A DNA stretch of 62,970 bases, counting the filler, from Nemertoderma westbladi (Eukaryota > Animalia > Xenacoelomorpha): assembly GCA_032718475.1 (NCBI GenBank). It is 3 parts of 3 records of this genome, joined end to end, with 100 filler letters (N's around TTAATTAATTAA, not from the genome) between each part and the next. Parts side by side here need not be neighbours in the genome. Positions count along the whole stretch, not along the records: positions 50,109 to 62,970 come from JAUCBJ010008384.1; 2 more parts are not named here. One strand, written 5' to 3'. Every line of letters starts with the position of its first letter. The stretch's first letter is position 1. Positions 62,414-62,970 of the stretch are shown here, in pieces. The position numbers were made by a program, and so were the translations under genes. The notes under the pieces are model-generated. The model did no database searches. It saw only the letters and a program-made list of their open reading frames with translations, and was not told where the DNA came from.

Positions 62414-62970
62414 CTATATCCGAAACCTCTTCCGTTTTGGTGCACCACACATCAACTGAATCGGTGCATTGTCCAATCCTGTGTGATACCCGCCATACGC
62501 AACATGATGTCCGATGCTGATGAGCTAGTAAAGTTCTTCAATTGGTCCCCTGCCAAAGAACATGCGCTCATGTTAAACACACCTAAAGAAAAGCAGTTGA
62601 AGCTAAAATCTTTATGTCGGACACGCTGGGTGGAGAGACATGTGGCATTCGATACACTAATAAATCTTCTACCTCACATCATAACCACCTTGGAAGACTT
62701 TGCAACAAAACCGAGCACTCGAAAGCCTGGAATGCCATCTGCATCATCTCTTGTAAAGACCGCCACTGACTTTGGATTCATTGCAGCCCTCTTTATTGCC
62801 CGCAGTTGTCTTTTGTATATTAAAGGCATTGCCAAGTCTCTGCAAGAAAGGTCTCTCGATGTCGGACGTGCCTTCAATCAAGTGTCTCTTGTAAGAGAAA
62901 CTCTCTCCGATGTTCGCAACAACATTGATAAATTCCACAATGACCTATTCGACGAAGCGAGAAAGATGGC
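62414..62970 (+). CDS. hAT transposase fragment (P52rIPK/THAP12-like), open to the window end; not in the ORF track
   Basis: WCTTHQLN (CxxH), FFNWSPAK, LKSLCRTRWVERH, SLQERSLD. Confidence 0.88.

Larger units (their letters stand above)
61340..62970 (+). mobile_element. hAT transposon, left part (runs off the window)
   Basis: CAGGGGGGGATCCAG terminus at 61340; transposase downstream; linkage between the two is inferred. Confidence 0.5.

Overview
AT-rich, transposon-dominated eukaryotic DNA, most likely from an invertebrate animal. There are no prokaryotic operons, rRNA genes or CRISPR arrays. The window is three separate pieces (1-19848, 19949-50008, 50109-62970) joined by artificial N44-TTAATTAATTAA-N44 linkers, and it starts with a back-to-back amplification-adapter dimer. 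Host-gene candidates are few: an intact secreted 12-Cys peptide gene (1543-1809) and two probable exons of a CxxC-x8-CxxC protein. The rest is nested mobile DNA: RTE, CR1/L2 and RTEX-like LINEs, an internally deleted piggyBac, a Kolobok-type DNA transposon holding a BEL/Copia fusion, a MULE shell around a near full-length RTEX-like LINE, a hAT transposase, MITEs and minisatellites. The most unusual items are (i) an intact SAP + SGNH-esterase + octapeptide-repeat ORF1-type gene lying head-to-head with an APE-RT ORF2, (ii) a ~175-195-nt structured RNA-like motif in two diverged copies with compensatory base-pair changes, one just downstream of that ORF1, (iii) a BEL element with a DEDDy-exonuclease-like extra ORF behind a 10x hairpin array, and (iv) the Cys-rich peptide with snakin-like spacing. 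All family assignments come from motif recognition by eye; no database searches were run.
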